Assembly: GCA_051294905.1 (NCBI GenBank)
Contig: CM119371.1
Coordinates: 32,180,001 to 32,244,000 of the forward strand
Direction of reading: 5' to 3'
Source of the DNA: Botryllus schlosseri
Lineage: Eukaryota
Length of the DNA: 64,000 bases
The notes under the pieces were generated by a model. The model made no database searches and was not told the DNA's origin. It saw only the letters and a program-made list of their open reading frames with translations. The first letter of the stretch is position 1. The number at the start of each line of letters is the position of its first letter. This document shows, in pieces, positions 45,583 through 57,796 of the stretch. Position numbers and translations under genes: made by a program.

Positions 45583-47446
45583 ATAGGAATACATCGTAGT
45601 GCCAACTAGGCTTAGGTAAATGCAGCGTCCTCCGTTGCTGCGTCGTATCCATGGCCACTGTCTCTCGACCAATCAGCGTAAAGTTTGGTTTACGGCCGTA
45701 TTGACCGATTTAATCATGAATTACAGAAAATTTTCGCACTTCGCGCGTCTAGGCGATAAAAGCCGACTCACTAAACTGCCCCGAAAGCAGCATAATTGGT
45801 AGTCCTATAGCTCACGACCGAAACGTCCGAATAATTTGATAGGTCCGGTCATTATCGAAAGCTAGTGTCGCACTGATTCCAAAAATACGAATTGAAATCT
45901 CGCCAGGGCAATACAACTACTTTGAAATAGCCACCAAAGGTCGATTGTTCTGAACAATGGGAGCGCAGCAGCACAATCACCATAATGACCATAACAATGG
46001 CCAATGGCGTCGAGCGATTGATCGGAACAATGCCAATTTTCATATTTTGATGACTATTTTGGGTCTGTTTCATTGCCCTGGTATTCGTGCGGCCCCGACC
46101 GTACTCTGAAATTCTAAATTTGGCCCTGACACCGGAAAAGGTGATCAATAACTTGTAATATAGATATAGATATATTGCAAACGATATCAATCATCAAAAT
46201 ACTGCAATGATTACCAACCACCACTATACAATACAACTATAGTAGGATCTAGTATACTATCCACACCTAACTTAATGCTGCATTAAATATCACGTAGTCA
46301 ATCAAGTAGTGCTAATAAAATCAGCATTGTAGAAGGCGACAGTGAAGTGCACAGCTTTGTTTAGTCTTGATGTCAGGTTTTCCCAAAAGATACTTCCGAT
46401 GTGTTCAGCAACATTGTTTTATGTCAGCCCGACAGCAGAGCAGACAGTATATTCTGATCCTTGCGGGTCTCAGCTGCTTCAGTCATATCTTCCATCCAAA
46501 ATCAGGCTCCACAACAGACATATAGTACTACTTCAACTAACAAATCCTCTTACCAGAATATAAACCAATCGCTCTACTTCAAATGCCAGAATGTAAATAG
46601 CCTACATGTGATCAGAGTTGAGTACCATAATACGACTACGTTACCGAGGGATTTCTGCGTAATTCTGACGATGTCATTCGAAATGCTTTGTACATGACTG
46701 AGGTCTAGCATAGGTGAATCTCTGATGACTTCCACAACAAATCTCTGAAACGTTTACAACCAGAAATCAACAGCACAGTATGCCATATTTAGCACTGAAG
46801 CAGGTGCGCGAGAAAGTAGCTTGCTAACCAATTTATGGTTGCTATGCGTATCTAGTCACGTGATCGAAGTCCTGCAAATGGCCTATTTGGGTTGCTGAAA
46901 TATGGTAACCCTATACTAGGGTTACCATGTTTTGGAAATCTGAAAAGAGGACACTTTCTCAAAATTTTCAGACTTGCAATAGTAAAAAAGAGGATGAAAT
47001 CTCAAAAAAGAGGACATTTGGGCGTCCTCTAAGGACACTTTCAAAAAAGAGGACAAGAGGACGTATATATATGGCAACCCGATGATATACGAGATTGCAT
47101 AAGTCATATAGAATTTGTCGATTTATATGACTTGGTCCGAAATTAGTTCAACATCTCGTCTTTTCGTGATCGCCCCCTTCGGTAACACAAGTCCATACGG
47201 TTTTGATACATATCTAATATATAATATGTCTTAAACTCTGAACAAGAACTTTGGTGGATCCATCGCGGAAACTCTATACGACGCCCTTACGGGCGTAGCT
47301 ATTAGTTTTTCTCTTAGCAATGTCAGTTGTAGACTTGTAGTATCATTGATTCGTGCTCAGTGTTGCCAACTCCGGATGGAAGAAAATCGCTAATACTGTT
47401 GTCAAATCGCTAGATGACGCTAAATATTGAGAAAAAAAGCGCTAAA

Positions 47447-47713
47447 GAGAGAGAGAGAGAGAGAGAGATATGATATTCTTTCTCGCCTGCACCATCGAGA
47501 TGCTTTGGCGACGGAGTTGCGATACGGCCCCATGAGGTCATCTAGTCTGCGCCCCCGTTTTTTTTTCTCCTCCATGCTATCCGTGATTGCTGAGCGCCTA
47601 GCAGGATAGCTGCGGATACCATTTTTCGAGTCTTTGGTATGACCCGGCCGGGGATCGAGCCTACGACCTGCCGCTCGAGAAGCCGGACGCATAACCATTA
47701 CACTATCTCGCTG
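47447..47713 (-). mobile_element. Full-length tRNA-derived SINE (family S2) with (TC)n tail
   Basis: A box TAGTGTAATGG, B box GGCTCGATCCC, central GGTCATACCAAAGACT..AATGGT..CCTGCTAGGCGCTCAGCA, and a (TC)n 3' tail. Confidence 0.88.
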
Positions 47714-48739
47714 CATTAATTGCTAAAGATGTTAAATTGAACCAATATATCAATACATTCTTCTCAGCTATATTGTACTCGTCTGGGACCAAAGTCACTT
47801 ATCATATTTCTAGTTCATAGTACGCAATAGTCATCTCTAAGCGGGACAAAACGTGCTGTGCATTTCGATAAAGCAGATCGCTATACGTGACCACTGACCA
47901 GGTTTGCAGGCATAACCGCTCACTATATAAGCGTGCCTTGCTCGATGCGTCTGTGAATACGTGATGCGATATACCATAGAAATGCGCTTGACTTCTTCTC
48001 TAAACTGTGTTGGAGTAGCCTACCTGAACACGACATGCGACTTGACACACGTGTACATGATATGCGACTTGACCCGACACAACACGACTTGAACCGTGTT
48101 TGCCAGCCACTATAAGTAGAGACCTTAAGAAAATAATTAGAGGACCAACCAAGCTAGTGTCGCACTGATTCCGACAATATGAATTAAATTCTCGTCAAGA
48201 CAATGGAACGACCTCAGAACAGCCCTCAAAGCCTGAAAATCGGCATTGATCAGAACAATCGCTGGACGAAATTGGTCACTGTTATGTTCATTGTGTTGTG
48301 GCGGTGCCATTGTTGGAGCAATGCCAGTATTCAGACTTGAGGGCTGTTTCGAGGTGCATGGTTCCATTGTCCTGACGAGATTTTATTTTGTATTTTCGAA
48401 ATCCCGGCGACACTGTCTTTCGATCATGGCCAATTATATTAAATTTCAGCGCTCAGGTCGCCAGATGTAGCACTGCCAATTATGCTACTTTTAGATTACT
48501 CAGCAAGAGGAGACACTGTTTGCCCATGCGTAACCGCCAGGAGTTGCGTATCTACTATCTATCCGTAGGTTAGTAATCTATAATTATACATCATCGGAGT
48601 ACGCACTCTGGTGACCGGTATAGCAAATGCAGTCGTCAGCCAGAACTGATCTTTATATTGGTTATTTTCGGTAAAAAAGCGCTAAATAATCGCTAAATAC
48701 TTTTTCAATAATCGCTAGATTTATCGCTAGGCGCTAGAT

Positions 48740-49916
48740 CAGGGGTGGGCAAACTTTTGAGCTCGCGGGCCGCATTCAACATCTGAATCCATTTGCGGGC
48801 CGCACTATATAGAATTGGGATTATAAACCAAAACGCAATATTGGTATTTGATTACATAGCGAGGACATGGAGATAATGTAAGTGCTTATTTAAAACAAAC
48901 CAAATATTGTGTTGATGATATCGTACACGAGTCAGAAACATAATGGCGGGATTTCATAGGCTGGTAGACCTCTATAACCAATTTGTAAAAACTATAGAGA
49001 TGAAAGTCGGTTGTCCCGCTTTTTAGAACAGGATCGAAATTTAGATCTGTGAGCAGCGATCTGTTCATAGATTTACTAATTCCAGTTTTGGTTCTGTTCC
49101 ATGACACACAATGCTGACAGCATCATAACCATGTTAGCTTCAAACACGCTTCTTCTATGTGTAGATATAATATATTATTACCCCGATTCTACGCATACAG
49201 AGAACGAATCTACCTAAAACACGCGCGAATCGTTTTTATAAGCACATCACTGAAATAATTAAAACTGGAGTGGCCAATCTGAAATCACACTCGTGATCCG
49301 AATTATGTCAATCTCGTTTAGGATTTCTGTGATGTTCAGCAGTTGAAACCTTCCAAACTGCGTGGGTCTTGAGATCGGGCTGTCGCGCCAGAAATTAAAC
49401 ATAAAAAAGAATATAGGAAGTATCTACCCTAGACCAGTGGTTCTCATTTTTTTAAGACACACGCCTCCCCCCCTTATGATGGTGAAAGATTTCGCGCCCC
49501 CTTATCGTCACAGTGCAAATCGCAACCACGATGCTAGCAGACCTAACGGATAGTTCACTGGCATGGAAGGTTACGACTGTGGATGAGATATTTTGAAACA
49601 TGAAATTCAGACTAAATACAGAGCAAGAATTATGAATTTGAAGTAAATCGCACGGAGCGCGAAATTTTTTTTCGTTTAGCTCAGCTTCGCGCCCCCCTTT
49701 CAGATGCTTTCACGCCACCCAGTTTGAGAACCACAGTCTTAGAATTATCATGGTCAATTATACTAAGAAAAAGTTTAATCAAGTCCCTGCATTAATTAGA
49801 TTTTTTTGTACGCATTTTATCAATGTTTAAAAGAAGTTTCCATTGACTCTCGCGGGCCGCACAGAACGGTGTTGCGGGCCGCATGCGGCCCGCGGGCCGT
49901 AGTTTGCCCACCCCTG
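48740..49916. mobile_element. hAT (Buster/Charlie-type) MITE family C copy 1, with a nested family D MITE at 49435-49736
   Basis: TIR CAGGGGTGGGCAAAC / GTTTGCCCACCCCTG with a perfect TSD cgctagat. Confidence 0.93.
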
Positions 49917-50278
49917 CGCTAGATCCATATATTTTGGCGCTAAACCGGATGAAAAATCGCCAGATCTAGTGATTTTTTAAATACAACCCGATCTACAGCA
50001 GAATGCATTTCCCAAAACCAGCCTCCCAGTTTAATCTGACTTCGATCGGTACCGTAAAGTTATCTTCGCACAGACACGAGCAATGAGTTACATGCAGTAG
50101 TAATGGTGGTAGTAGGTCGAGCAGTAATCGAATGGGCATTATATAAATTGGCAGTGAGCAGAAACCGATCAGAATTCGTTATTTTCTTTTCATTAATCTC
50201 TCTTTTGTACAAGAACAGTGACGCATGGTGAAATTCTACAATAAGAGAAAACACGTGCGGTATATGCAATTGCCTGTT

Positions 50279-50534
50279 TTATGCGAGTTTTTCACATACA
50301 TAATTAATTCGGGCATGACAACTTAAGTCATCAAACTTCCAGTTGTAGAACTTTGCAGAAATCGCGCAATCCTGATTTCCCCCAGCATTATTTGGTTCTC
50401 CGGGATGAAAATTCACATCTCCCGCACTGTACTCTCGCCCGTCCCGCCAAACAAAAGTCCCCTCTTGAGCTATGTCGTCCAATCCTATGAATGTAGACTC
50501 CCCGCTGGGTATGATCAATTTGTCGAGAAGTTCT
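50279..50534 (-). CDS. Collectin coding exon 3 (C-terminal half of the C-type lectin domain, EPN motif, stop)
   Basis: Acceptor tttttacAG; phase 2 matches exon 2. FIGLDD..EGTFVWRDG..FHPGEPNNAGGNQDC..WKFDDLSC..NYVCE. Confidence 0.9.
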
Positions 50535-50919
50535 CTGTAAAAATTTCCATGGGCTAAGTTCGTAATATTGCCATTGCCATTGCTAAGTTAGACAATGAAT
50601 GTGTGATCAATATGGCTATTTTTTTTTGCCGAAAACGGAAGATTTTTACCTAAAAAATCAAAGCTTTCACATTTTCTGACTATACAAAACTTACTGCAAA
50701 ATAGGTGTTGTCGCAGTTAATGTTGGAATCGCACTACTTATCTTCATTTCTTGTTGGAACTGTCTGTACTTACGAAACAGCTTGGCCTGAAAAATTACTA
50801 TTAAACATACTATTTTGAATTGAAAACTGTCAAATCTTTACATTAAAAAACTTTATTTTAACGAAATCCGGCCCTATAAGGAATTCCAGTAGTTACATCA
50901 CGTATTATGGTAGAAATAA

Positions 50920-52620
50920 TTAAAATTTGTTGTAGTACAACGAAAGATACTTTCCTACATTCTCAGGTAGAAAGTGTCTGTCTTTGCTAAGTAGCTTGCC
51001 GAGAATGGACAAAGAACGTTCAACAGCAGCAGTTGTTGGCTGGCAACACCGAAGCAACACTGGTAACACTGATACACCGTGTTGATTTATTCTGACAATG
51101 TAGTCTACATCAGTGGTTCTCAACCGCCGGTCCGCGGACCGGTGCCGGTCCATGACGACATTCCTACCGGTCCGCCAGGTATATTACAATTTTATACCTT
51201 AATTTCAAGATGCAATGTTGAAGGCTTGTCCATCGATAAAATAAATAAACTTTCAAATTTTAAACTGATTCAGAACTTCGTGAGGTAACATTAGGGGTTG
51301 AAACATGTTCGATTTGACTTGAAGTTCAAGACGTGTCATTTGACGACACGTGAGCGACAACTATACAGAACAGATACGAGCTGACTCATCGCTAAACAGC
51401 GCAGTTTGCGCGATCGATCGTTTTTGATTGATTCATTTTGTGCAGGACCGTAACTGGGGCACCCCAAACCGCCCAATTGGAGAAGTGCTGGACTTGAAAG
51501 GGGCCCAAAATTGTTTTGCAAATGAACATAAATCATAGCGTATTTTTTTGGAACTTTTCCCAACATTTTTCAATTTCTTTTCGCGTTTTGCGCGATTTGG
51601 TGTCACTAAATGTTTTGCTTATTAGGTGCCCTTCTCCAAGAAATACGTGTGATTTATGGAAATTGGCATTTCGGCGTCAGCCCTTACCGCGCCACGACGT
51701 ATCAACAAATAATGAAGTTTAGACTAACATGGGAGTCAGAAAGATGTGCCAAAAATTCGGCAGCGAGAAACCCGATTCTGTCATGAATGATCGAAAATGT
51801 TCGCTATTGGCGCAATTAAGCTACTTGAACTCTCAGCTTACACTGAGTAAAATGAATGTGCTCACAAGTACAGGTGAAAACATCCACCCAACTGTGGAGT
51901 CTGGGGCGAAGCTTCGGAAGTTTGGCTTATCGTCCTGTGGGGGCCCAAGACCAACGTTTTGGGGGATGGGCTGACGAAGTGTGTTTTCGGTCCGAATTTG
52001 CGGATGGCTGGTATAGCTGCCATAAGGTGTTTTCGTGTTGCGCATTGTATTCGTAGTTGCCAGAGTAGCCTGCGTCTTTTGGTAGTGGGCAATGCGCAAG
52101 GTAGCACGACAAGGTGTTTGGTTCGACTCCGAAATGCTTCTTCTCTCGATATTGTCAAAGAGAAGAATATTATTCGAGTTGACGTGGTCGCTTAAAACTG
52201 TAAACGACTCTCGGCGGTAGCACGTTTATCTGGACAAGGCAATTTTACCTCAACTCAGCAGACTCACAATCGTAAAATCTCATGGATGCCAACATGAAGA
52301 TAACATTTACGATCAAAACCCTCTAAATGTCTCTCTAGCACCATATAATTGCATACATTGCATTTTGGCTTCATTTCGATTTTTGAAAGTCCACCGGTCC
52401 GGCAGACATTTTTTGAAATTTTACCGGTCCGCAGTGTGAAAAAGGTTGAGAACCACTGGTCTACATCACAATTTTTCATCATGCACTTCCAAGAACCATG
52501 CAATGCCCACGCTGTCTTGCTTCAATTAGAATATTGTGGTGCGTTGATCATATCACCATTCACCTTGTCACCCTGTTTTTTTTCTCTTCATTTCAACGTT
52601 TGTGATTCACGGTGAGTAGA
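50920..52620 (-). mobile_element. hAT transposase C-terminal relic split by a family A MITE
   Basis: CQPTTAAVERSLSILGKLL..RHF..N..KY..LYYN is similar to ORF 2614-3081; reading continues on the far side of the MITE (MMKNCDVD|YIVR). Confidence 0.65.
51111..52458. mobile_element. Family A element copy 2
   Basis: Same TIRs as copy 1 with a perfect TSD gtctacat. Confidence 0.95.
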
Positions 52621-52913
52621 CAATGGGCCGTCTACAACGGTAGGCCAATAAAGGAGGCTACAAGCTGTAATATGTAAAATGACTTCATCGACAGTGCAAA
52701 ATCTAGGATGCAAACGAAATGCTGGTTGTCAAACATTTTTGACTTTGTAAATAATTTTGACAATTTTATGACGTAACGCTACAATTTTGACAAAATTTTA
52801 ACTTAATCTTACAAGTCAAATATCGCCCTAGTGATCAACTGCTCGAGACGTCCCCTTTGAAGATTTCTGTAGGACACGCGTTTTATGTTTCCTTATCCGA
52901 CTATACCCTATAG

Positions 52914-53601
52914 CAGGGGTGGGCAAACTTTTTAGCTCGCGAACCGCAATAAATATTTGAATTCATTTGCCGGTCGCACTATATAAAATGAGGATACTGA
53001 GCCAAAATTCAATATTGGTATTGTATTATATGGTGACCGACCACATGGAAATATAAGTATTTGTATATTTAAAGCAAAAAAAAACACATTGATTTGATGA
53101 TAACGTACAAGCGTCAGGAACATTGACTAGAATTTAAAAGCTGGTCGTCCTCATTGTCAAAATTAGGTATGCATGTTGGTTGTATGTTGATTCTTACAAC
53201 TGTACGTGAATTTGAGTCTTTGAGCAGAGATCTGTTTATAGATTTGCTGATTGCGCTTTTGGTTTAACTCCAGGACTCACAATGCTGACCGCATCATAAC
53301 CATATTAACTTTAAATACGCTTCTACCATATATAAATATTATAAATATAAATGCTTCTATACATACAAAGAACGAATCTATCTAACACACTCGCGAATTC
53401 GTTTTTCCAAGTACAGCGCTAAAATTAATAAACTTGGTCGTGTTGCAAACGTAAAATCACACCCTTGGTCCGAATTAAGTCATTTCCGTCTCACTTTCTG
53501 TGATGTTTAGCAATTGAAACCTCTAAAAATACATGGCCTGGAGGTCATGCTATCACGCCATCAATGAAATAAAATAAAAAAGACTATGGCAGGAATATAA
53601 C
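52914..53601. mobile_element. Family C MITE copy 2 (left part)
   Basis: CAGGGGTGGGCAAAC start; collinear with 48740-49420; preceded by ccctatag. Confidence 0.85.
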
Positions 53602-55140
53602 CAGGGCCGTAACAGCACTCCGTCAGCCCCCCCAAAACGTTGGTCTTGGCCCCCCCATAGGGTGGTAAAACAAACTTCGGGGGGGGGCTTCGCCCCCCAG
53701 ACCCCCCTCCGGCTATACGCTCTTCACATTGGGTGTACGTTGTTTATTAATTGGGGATCCGTTTAGTGAGTCTGCTTTGCCTGCCTAAATTTATTTAATT
53801 CATGACTGAATCGGGCAATAGACACTATTTGCTCGCTTAATCGCGCCATGCGCGAGAAATTTCTATAATTCATGACTGAATCGGTCAATATGATCGGTAT
53901 TGCTTGTATATTGCTATAAATTTTTATCCTCTCTCTGCTCCCGTAATCTGATTTACCGGTAGAGCTGAGTAAGGTGTGCTTGAAAAGCTAGGACCCCTCA
54001 ATAATAATTGAACATCTCCGGGCGCATCCCCGTTGGCAGGATCGAAACAGCACTTCGTCAGGCTCTCCAAAAAACTTGAGTCTTGGGCTCCCATAGGGTG
54101 ATTAACCGACCCCCCCCCCCAATCACGTTGTTAGGTTTTGCCACGAAATAACAGATGTAAATAACGAAATAACGCGAATTTTTTTGACAATTCATGGTAA
54201 AAATCGGTCAATAAGATCGGGAATTGCATATATATTGTTATCAATTTCTTGTCCTCTCTATACTCAGCGGTAGAGCTGAGTGAGGTGTCTTTGAAACTGT
54301 AGAGCCCGTAAATAATAATTAAACATCCTCTGACGGACGGAATCGTTGGTATGACTTCGTTACATGATGTTATCCCGTCTGCTATATCAAAAAATATAGA
54401 ATCGCCCAAACGTAGCCTACTAAACTAAAAGATCACACGATTTCAAATTGGTTTTGTTTGTTTGTTTTATTACATCATTGGCGCTTATCGCTATTATAGT
54501 CATTTGCGCCCAGAACATGAATTTCATCTTGAACGCGATCTTTAGCTGCCATCTTTCTAGAGTTCGGCTCTTTCTTCGTCTGGGCTTTTCAATGCGCTGC
54601 ATTACAGCGGGATCGGCGATGAGGAGCCCAGATAAACCTCCGACACATAGAAACATGGCAGAGCCGAGACTCGAACCATCAACCATCGATGTCGTGACTA
54701 CAGTGTTTAACCAACTGCGCCACTCGCTTCCCCATTTCAAATTGGTAATTCTTCGCTGGCATCAAATTTATCCCTGCGGGATGGTATTTGTCTTGTGAGC
54801 TTCAGATTACCAAGACATTCGGCGCTAGTCATTTAGGTGCCTATGGATTAATAAACCTGTATGTATTTCGTATATATAACGAAGTTTTCGGTCACCATAA
54901 GGGCAGTCCTTTTCGGCCAAGGTTTCTCGCTGCCGATCGTTCTGGCACACTTCTTGGAGTCGCGTGATACATGGCCTAAAACTCTAGGATTTATATGTCT
55001 TGGTGCGTCGTGGCGCGGTAATGGCCAACGCCGATATGCCCATTTCGATAAATATTGCGTATTTTTCCTTGGGGGAAGAGTAGCCTACCCAACAATCATA
55101 ACATTTGGCAAGTTGAAATCGCGAAAAGTTGAACAATTGC
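53602..55140. mobile_element. Family B MITE, inverted, containing a tRNA-like SINE (~54540-54730, minus)
   Basis: Starts CAGGGCCGTAACAGCAC, the reverse complement of the end of 59873-61084. The SINE head has TGGCGCAGTTGG and GGTTCGAGTCTC. Confidence 0.8.
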
Positions 55141-55353
55141 TGCTCAGTTAGGAGAATGAAGTTTCGCAAATCCTTAATCCTGAGGTTCCCAAACATTCTC
55201 AGCTTATGTCAAACTTTAAAAATAATGAAACTCTTTCGACACACTTATAAAAGAAGAAAACTAGCTTTAAGAACATCCGTGTTCACAAGTTTCTGCGATA
55301 TACTGACTGAGAAGAGGTTTCGTTGCATGTCTTCGGTTTGCGGAGAATATATA

Positions 55354-56318
55354 GGGGAGATGTGGTACCGACGGATCAAAAATTGGAGAATGATCGCTGG
55401 CGCCAAAATGTTCAGCCAAAAACAGCAGATCTTTTGCTGGCTCAGCACTTCGATACAAGCTCTACCTATCGCGCACATATACATGAATATCCGTCTTTTC
55501 AAAAAATATTTATGGACGTTCAAAATTTGTTGCTCGAACGTATCATCGGTCCCCCCCCCCCCGGTGGGTCCAATGGCACACGACCCGGGTACCGATGACA
55601 CATATACCCTAAAAAACTCAGATGTGACAGCTTCTCTTGCTCAGTATTATAACCTAAGATACAGCAAACCAAAGAAGAATGTTTGGTCGCAACCGCCAAA
55701 AAATAGAATAAATATTAACTTAAATGTTGTCATAAAATCACGTTTCGATTTAGGGTCGAACTTATAAATATGAGGGTGCATACATATTGCCCGAAAATCG
55801 ACAGTGTGACTCCCAAATACCTCGTTATAGCGATAAAACATCATATGCAATTATTACATAAAGATTTTCTGTACGTAGGCATGTTTCATCTGTTTCATGA
55901 TTAGTATGCTCGATTATTTTGCTTGATTTGGCTATTGTATCATCGGTCCCAACCCTACGAATTTCATACATGAATCGAAAAAAATTCGACTCAAGGAAGG
56001 TACTGCAAAAATATTAGGTGCCATTATATAGCCTGATACAAGCCCTTAACTTCACGATAAAAATGATTGCCGGTTTGTTCGTGTTGAAGGTTACAAAGAA
56101 AAATGTATATGTCGATCTAAATTAAGTTTTCACCCCCCAAAACAAAAAACATCTGTGAGAGACCCCATAGCTCGCGCACGTCGAATTTTTTTGTATGCGA
56201 GGAAAGATTTTGCAAGCACGCAATTGTAGACAAGTTCACGGAGTGTAATGATGGAATTATCATAGAGAATTTTCAAAGTATTTTCGGTCCCAGTGATCCA
56301 TCGGTACCACATCTCCCC
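55354..56318. mobile_element. TA-flanked MITE (Tc1/mariner-pogo type)
   Basis: TIR GGGGAGATGTGGTACCGACGGATCA / TGATCCATCGGTACCACATCTCCCC, flanked by TA on both sides. Confidence 0.75.
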
Positions 56319-57624
56319 TACGTCGTGATTTCGCAATTGCGACCCTCAAATCTTAATAGGTAGGCTATATGCTGCTGCGAACTCAGCCGAGTGTCCACTG
56401 TCCAGTAAAATGGCGTATGGCTGGAAGATGAAATGCAGACTATATTTATATCAGCTATACCCCTAGGTATGTTACTGGCCAAAGTATACAATATTATTTT
56501 TATTATTATTATTAATCATGAGTTTTAGGTGATGCATGTCGCCGTTTCGCCAAGGAGAAAATGTGTTCTTCAGGATCCCTTGTTCATATGCTTAGTACAT
56601 AGGTTTACAATAAACATCTAACTATATATACATCGGGTTGGATTTAAAAAAAAGGTGTTTTGAAACATGTTTCAAACAGTATTTTAACAAATGCCTTTTA
56701 AAAAATGTGCATTTTTACAAACGTTGTATAATTATGCCATAACTGTTTAAAAACGTTCGAAAAACACGTAGTATGAGCCTACGGACGATTTCCACCCGGT
56801 ATAGTCGACCTATACGATATGGAGTGGCTGGAACCCTGTAAATCGTTGTGGTTCAACAGTTTAGCTTTTAGATATAGATATAATTGGTACCGAATGAGTG
56901 TTCTGATGATGATGCTCGCCGATCGTCAAAATGCTGCATAACAATGTAGTCCTGGTTAAAGATACTTTTGGTCTGTTTATGACAGTCGTCGGAAACCCTT
57001 TTCGTCGACCGAACCATATTAACCCTATATTTTCAATTGTCAATGCCGCTCAACTGTGACGTGGCAATCAAAGATTCGTGACATCATGACTAGAAAAAAC
57101 ATGAAAACAAACACACAATAAAAAACAAGTTTTTAAACAGTTTTGTTTATTGATGTTGTTTTAAATGCAGCCCTTTATGTCAGTGAGGGCAACATACGGC
57201 CTGCGGGCCGGATCCGGCCCGCGACGGGATTTTAATCGACAACAGATGTCTGATTGACTTCAACAACTATTGAAGTAAATTAGGTTAATATATTCATTAA
57301 ATACTGTTTGGTATCTATGTTTCAAAATTAAAGCTTACAATAAATACGAATTGTTCTTTGTATAGGAAAATAAATACTCGATTAATGTATCGCCTCTGTA
57401 ATCCGGGCCGCCAAGTACTTAATTTTCCCACATCAGACCCACAGAGCGGAGAAGTTACCTGCCCCTGCTACATAATTCATGAAACAATAAACTCGGCGAC
57501 CCGGGTAAATAATTGCGACAGAGTAAGTAAGTTAAAGTGGTATGTTGAGCGTGGTACGGGCGTCGGCAAGGAATGTCCGGTGAAAACAATACAATATATT
57601 GCAGAGATAGGCATTGATAATTAC

Positions 57625-57796
57625 CTTCGAACTGTAACGTTAAAAATGCCATCCACCGCAAGTCTAGCACCGTACTTCATGCAATTTTTCAAACCATCCG
57701 TGTAATTACCCTGCTTGAACACTTTGTATAAGTTGCCGTTACTTGCTTGATACCAGGTCACCAGCTCTTCCAAGATTGCGATTCTCTCATATGCAG
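57625..57796 (-). CDS. Collectin coding exon 2 (neck end and N-terminal half of the lectin domain)
   Basis: Acceptor tttaccAG, donor AG|GTAATT, phases 1 and 2 are consistent. AAYERIAILEELVTWYQASNGNLYKVF..Y..G.KNC.KYGARLA. Confidence 0.88.

Larger units (their letters stand above)
41516..45699. mobile_element. ISL2EU/Harbinger-related element with ~365-bp TIRs, THAP and YqaJ-like relics
   Basis: TIR ACGGCCGTAAACCAAAC…, apparent AT TSD. THAP-like ORF 41744-41941 (MPKYCCVYKC..FHSVP..W..R..F..S..IC), LKRGAIPS at ~42215, and GL..PYGYLGASHD (YqaJ-like LGASPD motif) at ~42510-42560. Confidence 0.75.
40535..45785. mobile_element. MITE family B copy split by an ISL2EU-like element
   Basis: 40535-41515 and 45700-45785 are collinear with 59873-60920 (…cccgatcat|at|tgaccgatt…). 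Confidence 0.85.
37692..46913. mobile_element. Family H element expanded to 9.2 kb by nested insertions
   Basis: TIR TAGGGTTGCCATA / TATGGTAACCCTA with a perfect TSD tactaggg (37684-37691, 46914-46921). The left arm is the reverse complement of ~28400-28991. Confidence 0.85.
47358..49970. mobile_element. Truncated hAT-type element (CGCTA repeats) hosting a SINE and MITEs
   Basis: Left TIR CAGTGTTGCCAAC; ATCGCTA repeats at 47385-47445, 48680-48740 and 49917-49970; no right TIR seen. Confidence 0.55.

Noticed and set aside
47640..47713. tRNA genes (also ~14860-14930, 54660-54730, 63590-63650)
   Set aside because: A/B boxes are present but no complete cloverleaf is evident; most continue into SINE bodies.
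55129..55767. 212-aa ORF
   Set aside because: It starts at TTG, spans junctions of unrelated repeats and has no recognisable domain.
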